Shown: positions 1-27,465, counted from the first letter of the stretch. The stretch is 64,000 bases of DNA from the human T2T-CHM13v2.0 reference genome, Homo sapiens (GCF_009914755.1 NC_060929.1), one strand, 5' to 3'. The notes: generated from the letters alone by a model not told the origin. Made by a program: numbers and translations.

Positions 1-3712
<3,712 letters not shown>

Positions 3713-3988
3713 CCCATACTAAGCATTTAATGTTAGCTCTTGTCATAGGTAGCGTTAGTTCTGCAAAATTAACTCACCCTGAGAGATGATTTATAAATGT
3801 TTTGCTGAGGAAACTTGAAAAATTTCTCAAGTCCAATCATAGGGTAGCAATTAAATGTCTGAGATAGTCCAGGACAGCCCAGCATGAGCTTCAGTATTCC
3901 AAGAACCAGGGCTCTCCAGTCTTTCTGTCAGTGTAATCTGAAGGCATGTCCCCTCACCCTAGAGCATCCTAGTGCTGTGTATTAAATG

Positions 3989-3990
<2 letters not shown>

Positions 3991-4019
<29 letters not shown>
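3991..4019. repeat. (AC)14 microsatellite
   Basis: Read directly from the sequence. Confidence 0.97.
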
Positions 4020-4021
<2 letters not shown>

Positions 4022-4982
4022 ACCTTCTTCTAAGGATAAACAATAATTTCCAAAGGTAGCGTACTTCTAGTAAGGCATATCAAGAGTAAAAATAGCCCTT
4101 TTAATACAAGATGATCAGCACAGAGATACAGATCACAGTGGAGACGGCATGTGACATTACTGTTGAGCCATACTGGCATCTGTTAGTTGAATTGGTTCCA
4201 AGCTTCTAAACTCACACAGCTTATTATCTTGTACACATACCAAGCCAAAATGCTAAAATTGCAGTTTTTTCTTTCTTTAAGCAGCATTAGTTTCAGCAGC
4301 AAGACATCTGTCATCTCCTATGTTAATTTCTGCAAAGGAATGATCGCAAACATGAGGACTTACTAACTTCCTGTGCTGTACTCAGCGCCGAAGGAGTCAG
4401 GGGGTGGAGGTAAAAGATTTGTTCTCCAGGTTGTATGAACGACAACATTTTTGTGTGTCTTCAGAAAAATTTCAGCATTTTTTGCTATAATCAAACTAAA
4501 CATTTACATGTGCATGGTTTTTCAGGTGTTGGTTGATATATTAACGTAATCGTAAAGCATGCCAAACAAAATCATGATAAGCCTACTGACTCAGAGGTGA
4601 TTAAACCTCTCAATGAATTCACAATTATTTGTTTCAAATGCTTCATTTTCCTGATTAGAGAGCAAAAATAATTGGAGAAATTATCAAAACTAATTACCAC
4701 TTGAAATGTATTGTATAGGCCTTCCAAAAATGAAACATTTATGAGTTGAGAACCATATTATAGTTAAATCAAATAAGAGATAGGAAGCTGCAAACATTAC
4801 ATTTCACCTTCCTGGGTAGTAATCTAAATCTAAATTTAGTGAATTTTAGATGAATTTTATTTAAATCAATTCCATCCTAAATTATGTGCATCACTGCAGT
4901 CATTTGAAATAGTAGACTGAACAGATTCAGAAAAGTACTACTCAGAGATTAGTAGAATGAATTTTTTATAAAACTGCCTTGA

Positions 4983-5300
<318 letters not shown>

Positions 5301-5719
5301 TCCCCTTGGAATTCTTAAAAAAGTAAAATAAAAATTTAAAAACTCATCTAGGGGCTGAGCGTGATGGCTCCTTCTCAAAAAAAAAAAAAAAATAATAATA
5401 ATAATTAGCTGAGTATGGTAAATCCCAGCTACTTGGGAGGCTGAAGCAGGAGAATTGCTTGAAACCAGGAGGCAGAGGTTGCAGTGAGCTGGCCGAGATC
5501 ATACCACTGCACTCCAGGCTGGGCAACAGAGGGAGACTCTGTCTCAAAAAAGAAAAAAAGAAAAAAAAGCACATTTAAAAAAACCCAGAAAAACAAAAAT
5601 AGAAACTCATCTTGTTCTAATTCTAGAAAAAACATTAGGGAAGTAATTACTTGCAACATTTTACTTGGTGCTAATCAAGTTAAATTTTTAAAATGAGTGT
5701 ATATAAGAAGAAATGCAGC

Positions 5720-6580
<861 letters not shown>

Positions 6581-6619
6581 AAAAATGCAAAAGATACATT
6601 ACTTTTTTTTTTTTTTTGA

Positions 6620-6994
<375 letters not shown>

Positions 6995-7216
6995 TAAGAA
7001 GCCATATCATGTAAGTCAATAATGAATCCATATGAAATAGTTACATGAAGTTCTAACTCAGAAAACACTCAGAGAAATTATTTTGGCATAAAGAAGCCAC
7101 TCTTTGGAGGCAACAGAAATTCAGATTCATACTCTGCCACTGTTACAGAGTATGGATATTTATAAAATTTGGGTAATATGTCTTTTTATAATGTCATTTT
7201 TAAAATTATCAGCACT

Positions 7217-7909
<693 letters not shown>

Positions 7910-8264
7910 TCAGTTTCTGACGGCAGAGACAGTCTTTTGTTTGTTCAGGGTGTGGTCTTATGTCAGATAGAATAACAGAGCAAAACAGGATGCACGTGTG
8001 TGACAAAAACAGGGGAATGCTAGCAATTTTATGAGTTTTATACTTGGTGGTGCTTCATCTTAATTTCCTGTGATTTGATGTCTTAATCTTTAATTGCTCC
8101 ATTTTGAAATCAGCCACCAGCTGCAGCTAATACAGGTCACAGTAACCTGATGAGTCAGCCTCACACTCCTGAGGCCATTCTGCACATTTGCCAACAACAT
8201 TCAGAGCAGACGCGACCAAAGTGTCATAACAAGCAGACTGGTCAGTTGACAAAGTTAGTTTAGA

Positions 8265-8451
8265 GCTGTAGCTTTCTCAAAGAAAGTGTAGACCAGCAGC
8301 ATCAGCATCACCTGGGAATGTGTTAGTAATGCAATTATTGAGCCCCATACCAGACCTAGGGCATCAGAAACTCTGAAGGTGGGGACCAACAACTTAAGTT
8401 TTAACAAGCCATGCAGGTGATCCTCATGTACATTAGGTTTGAGAATCACTG
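8265..8451. mobile_element. MER5A-like hAT element
   Basis: CAGCAGCATCAGCATCACCTGGGAA..AATGCA..ATCAGAAACTCTG..TTTTAACAAGCC..TTTGAGAATCACTG. Confidence 0.75.
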
Positions 8452-8459
8452 GATTAGGT

Positions 8460-8793
8460 CAGGGGTCCCCAGCCCTCAGTACTGGTCCATGGCCTGTTAG
8501 GAACCGGGCTGCACAGCAGGAGGTGAGCCGAAGGCTAGTGAGCATTACTACCCTAGCTCCACCTCCTATCAGAACAGCAGCGGCATTAGATTCTCATAGG
8601 AGCACAGACCCTACTTTGAACTGCACATGTGAGGGATCTAGGTTGCATACTCCTTATGAGAATCTAATGCCTGATGATCTGAAGTGGAACAGTTTCATCC
8701 TGAAACCAACCCCTGCCCACTGCCCTCCCAGTCCATGGAAAAACTGTCTTCCATGAAACCAGTCCCTGGTGCCAAAAAGTTTGGGGACCGCTG
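8460..8793 (+). mobile_element. MER1B-like hAT-Charlie MITE
   Basis: TIRs CAGGGGTCCCC...GGGGACCGCTG with a perfect 8-bp TSD GATTAGGT at 8452-8459 and 8794-8801. Confidence 0.88.
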
Positions 8794-9677
8794 GATTAGG
8801 TGCTTCTCTAATGTCATGATTTTATAGAAATTTGTGAAACATTGATTTTGTGACAAAGCTTCAAAGGCTACTTGAATAAGTAGAGTGATTAAGGAAGTGT
8901 TAATAAGACAAACCTGGACAAATTACTTAACTTCAGTTTCCTCGGTAAAGGGAGATTACTAATAGTTCTGATCTCATAGGATCTGTTGTGAGGATTCAAC
9001 AAGTTAATACACATGAAATGCTCACAAACAGCTCTGGGTGTCCTAAGTATTCAATAAATGGTCCTAGGGAGGGAATTTTATTATCCTCAGTTTTCAAATG
9101 AAGGCCCAGAAGTACTAGGAAGGTAAATAATTTACCCAAGTAAATAAAAATTAGAATCCACACAAATTGCAGGCTTTTCTCCACTCTACTATACTTCCCA
9201 GTGAGGGTGGGGAGGAGTATAAACTGGAAGAAATATTCGACAAACTAGTGATAGGTTCTCCAGAGTTACTGTCCACAATTTAAGGGGGGTAAAACAGGAA
9301 CTGAAGTGCTTTTTCATTTTTCTCAAACCTTAGGGATCGTTGATGCAATAGCAGAAGGAAAACATTCTTACCTCCTAAAATTATTGTCTTGCTGTCAGCA
9401 GAGTTTGTGGTCACCTGTGCTGGCACACAGACAGCAGCCAAGGGGCCCTACTTCCATCCTAATGGATCCAGCCCTCTGGAGGGTCCCCATTCTGTTACAA
9501 ATGGTTCTTTATTTCTAGGTGGAAGAGGCTATAAATTCTGCAAAACTGTTGTAATTCATTTTCTGCTAGACCAGTTAGCAAGTGTTTTCTAAATACATTA
9601 TCATTGTGGGTGGTTTTATTGTTATTATCATATTACTAATGTTTAGCAATTCTGTTTCTTCATTCTTGCTCTACTGT

Positions 9678-14644
<4,967 letters not shown>

Positions 14645-14914
14645 GCACCGCAATTTTTCCAGCTTGAATAGGGCCTGGGTTGATAGTACAACCACTTTTC
14701 TAGTGCGTTGTTGTCTCTAGATTCAAACGTTAAACAAGACTTTCTTTATATAGCTATATACCTAAGAAACAATGATTCAAAACTCAGTTCAGAAGTTTTC
14801 CATTTCATTATATCCTTTTGACATGGCAGTATAAAATGAGCTTGAGCTTGTTATTAATTTGAAAATCAACTGAACTTTGTTTTTCGTGGTTTTGGTTTTG
14901 TTACTTTTTTTTTT

Positions 14915-15192
14915 AAACAAATAGACTCCATTTTTCAGACCAGTTTTAGGTTTATAGCAAAATTAAGGGGAAAGTACAGAGTTCCCACATGCACCCTCTA
15001 CTGGACACCCACAGCCTCCCCACCATTGACATTCTGTACATTTGTCACAATCCATGGACCAACGCTAACACATCATATCAACCAAAGCCCATAGTTTACA
15101 TTAGGGATTCACTCTTGATGTTGAACATTATATGAGTTTTGACAAATGTATAATGACATGTATTCATCATTTAGTATCATTCAAAATAGCTT
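14915..15192 (-). mobile_element. Old L1 (L1MA/MB-type) 3' end fragment
   Basis: CAGTTTTAGGTTTATAGCAAAATT..AAAGTACAGAGTTCCCA; CCATAGTTTACATTAGGG..TTTTGACAAATGTATAATGACATG. Confidence 0.7.
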
Positions 15193-15485
15193 AGACCTTA
15201 ATTTTTAAAATTATTTTCAGAATAATTTTTAAAAGAGTTAGGTCCTGGAATTGAAAATGTCACTATTTAGTTTATACTATGACTAGTCTTTTAAGTTCCA
15301 ACTCTGTCAGAAAATTCCTATTATAATGAATTTTTATTATACTACTTATTTTTGTTTGTGGTATTAACGTTAGTTACCACCATAAACAAATCTTTCAAAC
15401 TATATCTTCTTGTATCCTCAAAAGTTTCCATTAAAATGTTATCTGTGTCCACCTAACTCATTGCTTTCAAGGGAATAAAATAGTT

Positions 15486-16418
15486 GTGTGAGTCACATAG
15501 AAAACAAATCCGATTAAGATAAGGAGATAACTTATTCGAAAGGATTAATGCAAGTGGCGGGTATGAGAAAGATAATGGTAACTGGGAGAACAATAACATC
15601 TGCAAGCCTCTGAAAGGTTAGGCAAAAAGGGATTTTCTTTTTTAGAGAGGAGTAAACAAGGCTAGAAAGAACCAGGCGTGCAGAAGTGGGATTAAAGGGT
15701 GGGGGTAGCATGACTGGTTAGCAGATCAGACAATGTTTTATCCTGAGGTGAGCCTATTTTTGGGAGAGGCATTTAGGGAAGGACTTTTAGACTGAGGGGC
15801 AGCCAAAATTTAGGAGCCTGGGGGAAGGGGAGAAACTTAATCAAAGTTGGATTAACTAGCACTCTGTTACAGTTTTGATTCCATGGACATAAGCAATTCA
15901 ACTAGTCTTTATGAGGCAGACAATGGGAACCTGGAGGGTCTGGCCTTGGCATAGGTGAACAAGAGGGACATCTGTGAATCTTATCTAAATCCTAGGGGGA
16001 AGTGTGGTTCTTTGCAATAAGCCCATTTCCGGAACACAAAGGGTAGGGGAATTTCTTTTTTTTCTTTTTTTTGAGACAGAGTCTCACTCTGTTGCCCAGG
16101 CTGGAGTACAGTGGCGCGATCTTGGCTCACCACAACCTCCGCCTCCCAGGTTCAACCGATCCTCGTGCTTCAGCCTCCTGGGTACCTGGGGCCACAGGCA
16201 TGTGCCACCACACCCTGCTAGTTTTTGTATTTTTAGTAGAGGCAGGGTTTCACCATGTTGGTCAGGCTGGTCTCCAACTCCTGATATCAGGTGATCCACT
16301 AGCCTCAGCCTCCCAAAGTGCTGGGATTACAGATGTGAGCCACCCCACCCAGCCAGGGAAGGGGATTTATTAACCTTAACCTTTTTCCAGGATTACAAAG
16401 CTCAGGTCAAATTCAACA
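15486..16418 (-). mobile_element. ERV1-class LTR (MER4 group; subfamily uncertain) with an Alu at ~16056-16353
   Basis: Minus strand begins TGTTGAATTTGACCTGAGC; TG..CA termini; LTR-like composition. Confidence 0.5.
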
Positions 16419-16695
16419 GTCAGTGCCCCATTTTGTTCAAGATAAATGGTATTTTTTGTCACTGAACAACTCAGGATCATAAATCTCCTGGGTTGAGTGA
16501 AGCAAGGTCTAAGAAATAGTTTCCTGATGACTCTTGTTGGTGTTGTTCCTGTAAAATCTGTTGAATCATAGTCCATTGTTCTTCCTTCAAAACAGCTTAA
16601 TACTAAAAAATTCCCATCTTCTAAGAGTCAATTTTGTGTCACTAATTTCTAAAATGTCTCAAACTAGGGTTTTCTGTTCAATCCTTGAAGATTCA

Positions 16696-18766
<2,071 letters not shown>

Positions 18767-18891
18767 TTATTTCACCAGGGTAAAAGAAAGCTAGAAGAAA
18801 CAGAAAGAAGATTATCAGGAGACCTTTTCGTATAGAAGAGGGAATAGACAATGAGAAGCCCATCCAAATGGCAGGAGAGCTGATGGGCAGA

Positions 18892-19372
18892 ATGGGGAGA
18901 ACATTAACCCCAAAATATGTCACTTTGGTATTTGAGAAAATAGCAGAAGCAGGAAAGTCTCTGACTGGTCCTTCTCCTCTGCCTGAAGCTGGTCATAAAA
19001 TACTCATAACAAAGGTAGCTTCCCTACATTAAGAGGAAAGAAACATCCTTATTTTCGAAGACTCAGAGATGTCAAGAAGAATCTGAACCAACAGCTCTTG
19101 CTAAATTTCCCTTAGTTTATTACTATTAGGTCATACTTTCTTTGTCCAATTATATTTCTTCATGACTGTCCACTCTTCCTCAAACCTAAGTATAAAAATA
19201 CACAGATTTTTCCTTTTGTTTGGGTCTCCATTTCTGAAGGCTCCCATGTCACATAAAATTTTTATTAAACAAATTAGTATGTTTTTCTATTGTTAATTTG
19301 TCTCTTGTTATATGTACCTCAGCCATGTACCTGGCAATGGGTGAGGGAAAATATTACTTTTTCTCTTCTCCA
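18892..19372 (+). mobile_element. MER34-like ERV1 LTR
   Basis: ACCCCAAAATATGTCACTTTGG start, AGAAGAATCTGAAC core, ATTAAA, and 3' CCTCAGCCATG...TTTTTCTC end. Confidence 0.6.
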
Positions 19373-20267
19373 GAACCCATAGGCAGAAGCTGTAAAAATG
19401 TATCTCTGCTTCTAGGAGAAAATGCTTTATAATGACTGAGCAGGCACAAAGTTGAAACGATGCCTAAGGAAACATTGAGCTCCTTAGCAATGGCCTCCTT
19501 TAAATGATTGGAAAGTTATATGGTAAGAATGTTGTAAATTAGATTCTTATACTAGTGGAAGATCTCCTTCAAATCCCAGATTTTATTATTCTCATTTCAA
19601 AGAGGTACCTTCTCTCCACCCATACCACATTTCAGAGGTTTAAAGCCCATAAAAGTAAATAAATACTGCATACTAAAATTTTACTCATAAAGCCCCTGAC
19701 GACCTCCCAATGGCAAAGAGAAAAACATCTACTAACCATGCTTAGTGACTATGAAGACTTGGTAAGTCAATAAAACCATGTGTTTCTTGTGTTCAAAAAT
19801 ATTTAGAAATGTACCTTGAGCTATTTACCATTTCCTTGTCTCCTGGTTCATTCTTTCCTTCCACTCACCTTAGGCCTGTGTGCTCAAGGACCATTTATTC
19901 CAGATATCCCACTTCTACTTCTGAACCTTCTTCAACACCATGTGTCTATGACACCTTCATCTTCCTGTAAGTTTGCCCTCTACTTATATAGATACAGCTT
20001 TTAATAGCCCATTTCCTCAAATACTTTTAATTAAAATAGACAAGGAGAGTCACATATTAAAACAGAATAAAAATATTAACACTCTGCTGAAAAATATACA
20101 GCCTGAAAGAGGCTATAACTGTAATATTTGTGATCACGAGGTTTGGAAAAGCAAACAAGCATTCATCAAATTCTCCATTATGAAATAAGCTGTATCTTAG
20201 TGAGTTTGGGTCGTTGATTTTGGAACTAAAAAATGCTGATAACTTTATGCATGGACGGATAGATGGC

Positions 20268-20722
20268 TGTGCCAGCTATCTTCTATTTCCTTCATCCCAC
20301 CCCTACATCCACTCTCCCCACTTCTCCAGCAAGCTGACCTCTATGAAGTGTTTCAAGAGACTCTCTTGCCCTCTGGTTTCCTGTTGGGGCTTGGCCAGTG
20401 AAAAGCACTGGCAGGAGATGAGAGGAAGGGAGGGTGTGGTTGGGATGCTGGATACCTTTCTCTACCAAAGATCTCAGCTCCTTTAAGGTGACTCTACACA
20501 CAGCCCCTGTCTCCGTCTCCATTTCCAGGAAGTGATCCCTTCCTTTAGCCATGAGAGGTGGTAACACAGCTGTGCAGTTACTAGCCTCTGGGTGCTGCAC
20601 TATGCCTTGCAGTTTCCCTACACTTATCTCACACCTTCATTTCTAGCCCTTTCATTAAACTCTTCCTAAATTATCACAGTTTGAATGTGTAGTCTTTTTC
20701 GTGTCAGAACTCTAATATAACA
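20268..20722 (+). mobile_element. LTR33-like ERVL LTR
   Basis: TTGCCCTCTGGTTTCCTGTTGGGGCTTGGCCAGTG...CACTGGCAGGAGATGAGAGG hallmark, with ATTAAA near the 3' end. Confidence 0.6.
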
Positions 20723-22449
20723 ACCATCTCTAATGCTGAGTTTGGGCTATGGTTCTAAACAGTTTGAATCTTTTACCAGTGGAACATTGCATAGAGCCTG
20801 ACATAAGGCAGAGCATATACCAGAATGCATAATGGTGAGGCCTAACTCATGTCCAGCACAAAGCTTGGCATAATCTTGCTGGAGTATGAATAAATCTGGC
20901 CCCTTTAGTTTATGAGTGAACACATACAGAGTAATAAATTGTGCTGTTCAAACAGTGGCACAGGGCTAAAGTGTAACCAAGGGAGAAGTGTGTTGTGTGG
21001 ATATCCACTTTTGTGGACAAGGATACACTAAATGAGTGACTGGAGCCAGGCACGGTGGCTCACATCTGTAATCCCAGCACTTTCAGAGGCCGGTGCGGGC
21101 AGATTGCTTGAGTCCAAGAGTTTGAGATCAGCCTGGGCAACATGGTAAAACCCTGTCTCTACTAAAAATACAAGAATTAGCTGGGCGTGGTAATGTGTGC
21201 CTGTAGTCACAGCTATTTGGGAGGCTGAGGTGACAGGATCACTTGAGCGCAGGAGGCAGAGGCTGCAATGAGCCAAGATCGCACCACTTCCCTCCAGCCT
21301 GGGTGACAGAGAAAGACTGTGTCTCAAAATAAAAAAAAAAAAAAGGAGTGACTGGATTGGATCGTAGTCATTTTTGACTTGCCTAGTATTCATTCAGTCT
21401 TTTAACTGCTTCAAGCATACCATGAACAGTATTTAAAATAATGTTTTGTAATCCCAGCACTTTGGGAGGCCAAGGCAGGTAGATTGCTTGAGGTCAGGAG
21501 TTAAGACCAGCCTGGCCAACATGGTGAAACCCCGTCTCTACTAAAAATACAAAATTTAGCTGGGCGTGGTGGCGCGTGCCTGTAGTCCCAGCTACTTAGG
21601 AGGCTGAAGCACAAGAATTGCTTGATTCTCCCAGGAGGCCGAGGTTGCAGTACACCAGAGATGGCACCACTGCACTCCACACTCCAGCCTGGGCAATAGA
21701 GTGTGACCTTGTCTCAAAAGAGAAGAAATAATGTATAGAATCCAAAAGCATCAAGAATCTCTAGACGTAGTGTTTAAGCCCCCAGATAATACTTGTTGCT
21801 TTACGTCTTATAAATTAGAATTAAAATACAAATACATTTGGAAGAAGTAATACTAATGAATTAAAGTAAGTCAGTAGGGCCGAGTGCAGTGGCCCATAAT
21901 CCCAGTATTTTGGGAGGCTGAGGCAGGTGGATCACTTGAGGTCAGGAGTTCAAGATCAGCCTGGCCAACATGGTGAAACCCTGTCTTTATTAAAAATACG
22001 AAAACTTAGCCAGGTGTGGTGGTACCCACCTATAATCCCAGATACTTGGGAGGCCGAGGCAGGAGAATCACTTGAGCCCAGGACGCAGAGGTTGCAGTGA
22101 GCCAAGATTGCACCACTGCACTCCAGCCTGGGCAACAGAGCAAGATTCTGTCTCCAAAAAAAAAAAAGCCTGGGCGCAGTGACTCACACCTGTAATCCCA
22201 ACACTTTGGGAGGCCGAGGTGAGCAAATCATGAGGTCAGGAGATTGAGACCGTCCTGGCTAACACGGTGAAACCCTGTCTCTACTAAAAATACAAAAAAT
22301 TAGCCAGGCGTGATGGCACGCGCCTGTAGTCCCAGCTACTTGGGAGGCTGAGGCAGAAGAATCTCTTGAACCCTGCAGGGCAGAGGTTGCAGTGAGCTGA
22401 GATCGTGCCACTGTACTCCAGCCTGGGCAACAGAGCAAGACTCTGTCTC

Positions 22450-22601
22450 AAAAAAAAAAAAAAAAAAAAGAAGAAAAGGAAGAGGAAGAAGGAGAAGGAG
22501 GAGAAGAAGGACAGGAAGAAGGAGAAGAGAAGGTGGAGGAGGAGGAAGGAAGAGAAGGAGAAGAAGGAGAAGGAGGAGAAGAAGAAGAAGACGACGACGA
22601 C
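22450..22601 (+). repeat. Polypurine low-complexity tract (A-run, then GAA/GGA triplets, then (GAC)4) grown from an Alu tail
   Basis: About 140 nt that is almost purely A/G, immediately after an Alu 3' end. Confidence 0.92.
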
Positions 22602-22800
22602 AGTACATCTCAAATTTAAGAGTTTGTAACAATTGCCCCATAAGCATCTTAAAAATATAGATTGCAAGCCTGGGCATAGTGGCTTGTGCCTATAGTCCCA
22701 ACTAGTCAGGAGGCTGAGGAAGAAGGATCCCTTGAGCCCAGAAGTTCAAATCCAGCCGGGTTAACGTAGCAAGACACCATCTCTAAAAAAAAAAAAAAAA

Positions 22801-23011
22801 ATAGAATGAAAGAGACCCAAGATAGAACCCCAGTCTTTAATAACCTTGGAAGGAAGCCCTAGTCTTTAATAACCTTGGAAGGAACATACTTTTGCCATAC
22901 TCTATTGGTCACACAGACCAACCCTCATACAGTGTAGGAAGGAATTTGACAAGGCTGTGAATATCAGGAAGTGGGGATCACAGCAGGCCATCTGGTAGTC
23001 TGGTTACTGCA
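22801..23011 (-). mobile_element. MLT1-family LTR fragment containing a 24-bp direct duplication
   Basis: TGCCATACTCTATTGGTCACACAGACCAACCCT..GTGAATATCAGGAAGTGGGGATCA. AGTCTTTAATAACCTTGGAAGGAA occurs at 22832-22855 and 22861-22884. Confidence 0.55.
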
Positions 23012-23047
23012 TCATATTTTGAGTTATTCTGGCAAAAACAATTATCA

Positions 23048-23266
<219 letters not shown>

Positions 23267-24824
23267 TTAGCCAGGCATGGCAGCATGCACCTGTAGTCCC
23301 AGTTACTCAGGTAACTAAGATGGGAGGATCACTTGAGCCCAGAAAGTCGAGGCTGCAATAAGTGGTGATCATGCCGATCATGCCACTGCACTGCAGCCTG
23401 GGCGAAAGAGCAAGATCCAGTCTCTAAAAGAAAAAAAAAAATAGAGTCCTGAAATGAGAGAGAGAGAAGGGTTAAGAAAGGATATGCCAAGAGCATCACA
23501 GGAAACTCTTCCCACTTTATGCTTTTGGCTAGATTCAGTTCTAAAATGGAATTGTTATATTTGGCAGGTAATAAAAATATAAAATGTGTTCCATAATACC
23601 TTTAAGGGTTTTCAGTATGGACAGTTGATTACAAATGGTTATTCATTAGGCAGTTAGGAAAACTCAGCATATTTCCTATATTTTGGGGCTTTGTAAGACA
23701 AAGACTATGTATCTGTACAAAAGGCCCTTTGTAGCAGCGTGATAAAACACTGAAATGGATGGTCTAAATATTGTGGCATCCTTTTTGGAGTTATTGATCA
23801 AAGGGAGGATAATGGCTTTCACTGGGCCCAATCTGTTGGGAACTATCTGCCTCTGGCCTCTTCATTCTTGTACTCCAGCCACACTGTCTCCTTTTATGGA
23901 CTAAGGCCCAACATCATCTAAGGCCAGTGCTGCCCCAGGCTAGGGGTGGAGAAGGAGCTCAGAGGGCAGTGTGCCCAGGGTCAATCTCCATGCTTAGTGC
24001 TGGTTTCCCAGTATCTTGTCTCCTGTTGGCCTGAGCCCCCAGATCATTGTCCTTCAGTTGTCCCAGGTTTCTAGTGCAAGGGTCTGACTTCACTGATGAA
24101 GACTTGTTGCCTGAACCTGCAGCACATCCAATCCTTGATGACTTCTGCCCCTGCTCTGCACTCTCAGACCTGACCTGCCTGGACCTGACCTCTGTTCTAC
24201 CTCACTTAGGGGCCTGCTAAGGATATATCCTTCTGTTCTAGCTGAAGTGTCCCTAGCTTCCCACTATCTAGGCTGGCCTCACACAGTCTGTCTTGATGTA
24301 ACATATCCATCGCTTCCCTCAGCCTCTCTTTTGGTGCAAAATGAAATACAGTCTGTATTATTAAATACATTCCGTTGGCGGGGTGCAGTGGCTCACCCCT
24401 ATAATCCCAGCACTTTGGGAGGTTGAGGCAGGCAGATCACTTCAGCCCAGGAGTTCGAGACCAGCCTGGGCAACATGGTGAAATCCTGTCTCTATAAAAA
24501 TTTTTTTAAAAAACCACACACATTAGCCAAGCATGGCAGTGCACACCTGTGGTCCCAGCTACTGGGGATGCTGAGGTGGGAGGATTGCTTGAGCCTGGGA
24601 GCAGAGGTTGCAGTGAGCCAAGATTACGCCAGTGCACACTAGCCTGGGTAACAGAGCAAGACCCTGTATCAAATAAATAAATAAATAACAAATAATACAT
24701 TCCCTTATATAAAAGATTTAAATCTTTATTTGTCTAAGGACTATTTGTATATTTTAAAATATTTTTGTCCCATTTTATCCATTAATCTATTTATTCAATC
24801 CATGATTCAAAATATTATCTTCCA

Positions 24825-25558
24825 TGTGGCTGGTATATTTTCCCTGTTTGAAACCTACCATCCATCTTCACATATGCTGTTCTCTATCCAGAGTGGAGTC
24901 TATTTCTTCTCTCTTTTAATCTGGGCTGGCCTGGAACTTGCTCTCACCCACAGAATGTGGCAAAAACGGCACCCTTCCCATTGCAGGCCTGGGTATTAAG
25001 AAACCTGGTGGTTTTCACTTTTTCTCTCAAGGGCCCTTGAGCCACTGTATAAAACAGTCCAACTACTCTGTTAGAGCATTGAAGGCAAGTGAGGCAGCAG
25101 ACGTGTGAGTAAAGCATGTCCAGGCAACATAATATGGAGCAGAGACTAGCAGGGCCCACTCAGCCCTGCTTGAATGGCAGCATGAGAACAAATAAGTGGT
25201 TTGTTTTATTTTTATTTTTATTTTTATTTTTTTTGAGACAGAGTCTCGCTCTGTCACCCAGGCCGGGATCACTGCAAGCTCTGCCTCCTGGGTTCATGCT
25301 ATTCTCCTGCCTTAGCCTCCCAAGTAGCTGGGAATACAGGCACCCGCCACCACGCCCGGCTAATTTTTTTGTGTTAGTAGAGACGGGGTTTCACCGTGTT
25401 AGCCAGGATGGTCTCGATCTCCTGACCTCGTGATCTGCCCGCCTCGGCCTCCCAAAGTGCAGGGATTACAGACGTGAGCCACTGCCCCCAGCCTGGTTTT
25501 TATTGTTTTAAGCTGATAAATTTTGGGGGCAGTTTGCAATACAGGAATAAATACACAC
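24825..25558 (+). mobile_element. MLT1 (H/G-like) MaLR LTR with an AluY-like insert (~25203-25493)
   Basis: AGAGTGGAGTCTATTTC..ATCTGGGCTGGCC..CAGAATGTGGCA; CATGAGAACAAATAAGTGGTT..TTGTTTTAAGC. Confidence 0.6.
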
Positions 25559-25881
25559 TAGGCTGGGTATAGTAGCTCACGCCTGTAATCCTAGCTCTTT
25601 TGGAGGCTGACGCAGGCAGATCTCTTGAGCTCAGGAATTCGAGATCAGCCTGGGCAACATGGCAAAACCTTGTCTGTACTAAAAATACAAAAGTTAGCTG
25701 GGCATGATGGCATGCACCTGTAGTCCTAGCTACTTAGGAGGCTGAGGTGTGAGGATGGTTTAAGCCAGGGAGGCAGAGGTCGCAGTGAGTAGAGGTTGCA
25801 CCACTACCCTCCAGCCTGGGCGACGGAACAAGAGTCCGTTTAAAAAAAAAAAAAAAGAGAGAGGCCAGGCGCGGTGGCTCA

Positions 25882-26234
<353 letters not shown>

Positions 26235-27118
26235 TCATCTGAGGTCAGGAATTCGAGACCAGCCTGGCCAATATGATGAAACCCCATCTCTATAAAAATT
26301 AACCAGGCATGGTGATGGGTTCCTGTAATCACAGCTACTTGGGAGGCTGAGGCAGGAGAATTGCTTGAACTCAGGAGACAGAGGTTGCAGTGAGTCGACA
26401 CGGTGCCACTGCACTCCACCCTGGGCGACCAAATGAGACTCCATCTCAAAAAAATAAATAAATAAAAGAAAAATCATACACTAGCAAACATAAAACTCTG
26501 AAACAACCAAATATGAAACTTGTAAATTAACACTGAAAGTACATCAGAGGCAGAAAGGCCAACTTCTAGATGTACCACCCACTCTCAGGACTGAATACTG
26601 TTGAATTAGATCCAAGGGAAGTTATGGGTTTCAAAAAAAATCAGAAGACTCAGAGTCCAATTTGTAGGGAATTAAGAAGAAAGTGATTTGTAAAAAAGTA
26701 GAAACAAGCAGGTATAGATCAATCATTCTAGAAATCAGAATAACTCGGTGGCTTTTCAACCCTACCTACAACTAGAATCACTCAGGGCACTTTTTAAAGT
26801 GTAGATTCCTGGGCCCTATTCTTTAAGATCCTGATTTAAATCATCTGGGGTACAGTCCAGCATAGTGTTCTGAACTGCTGCTGTGGTTTAGAGTGGACTG
26901 TGAAGAAAAAAAAAAAAAAGAACTTGCAGCTGAAAGGTCAATGGTAGTAGGTAAAGCTTTAAGGAGATTGGATTATTTTGGAAGTTTCAGGAAAAAGAGC
27001 TGGTAAAGAGGTTAGGGTTATAGATTCAGAGAGAAAAGGGATAATCTAAGGCAAGAGTGAAGAATAGCAAACACACAGGCTATATTAATTGGGTGGGTTG
27101 GGTTTCTTTGTTTTTTAG

Positions 27119-27465
<347 letters not shown>

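Noticed and set aside
22284-22677. Lys/Glu-rich and Phe/Leu/Ser-rich ORFs resembling coiled-coil or membrane proteins
   Set aside because: They are translations of the GA-rich microsatellite and the adjacent Alu.
22832-22884. 24-bp direct repeats with a spacer (here and at 49256-49326) as CRISPR-like arrays
   Set aside because: Only two copies each with tiny spacers in a mammalian repeat context; simple local duplications.
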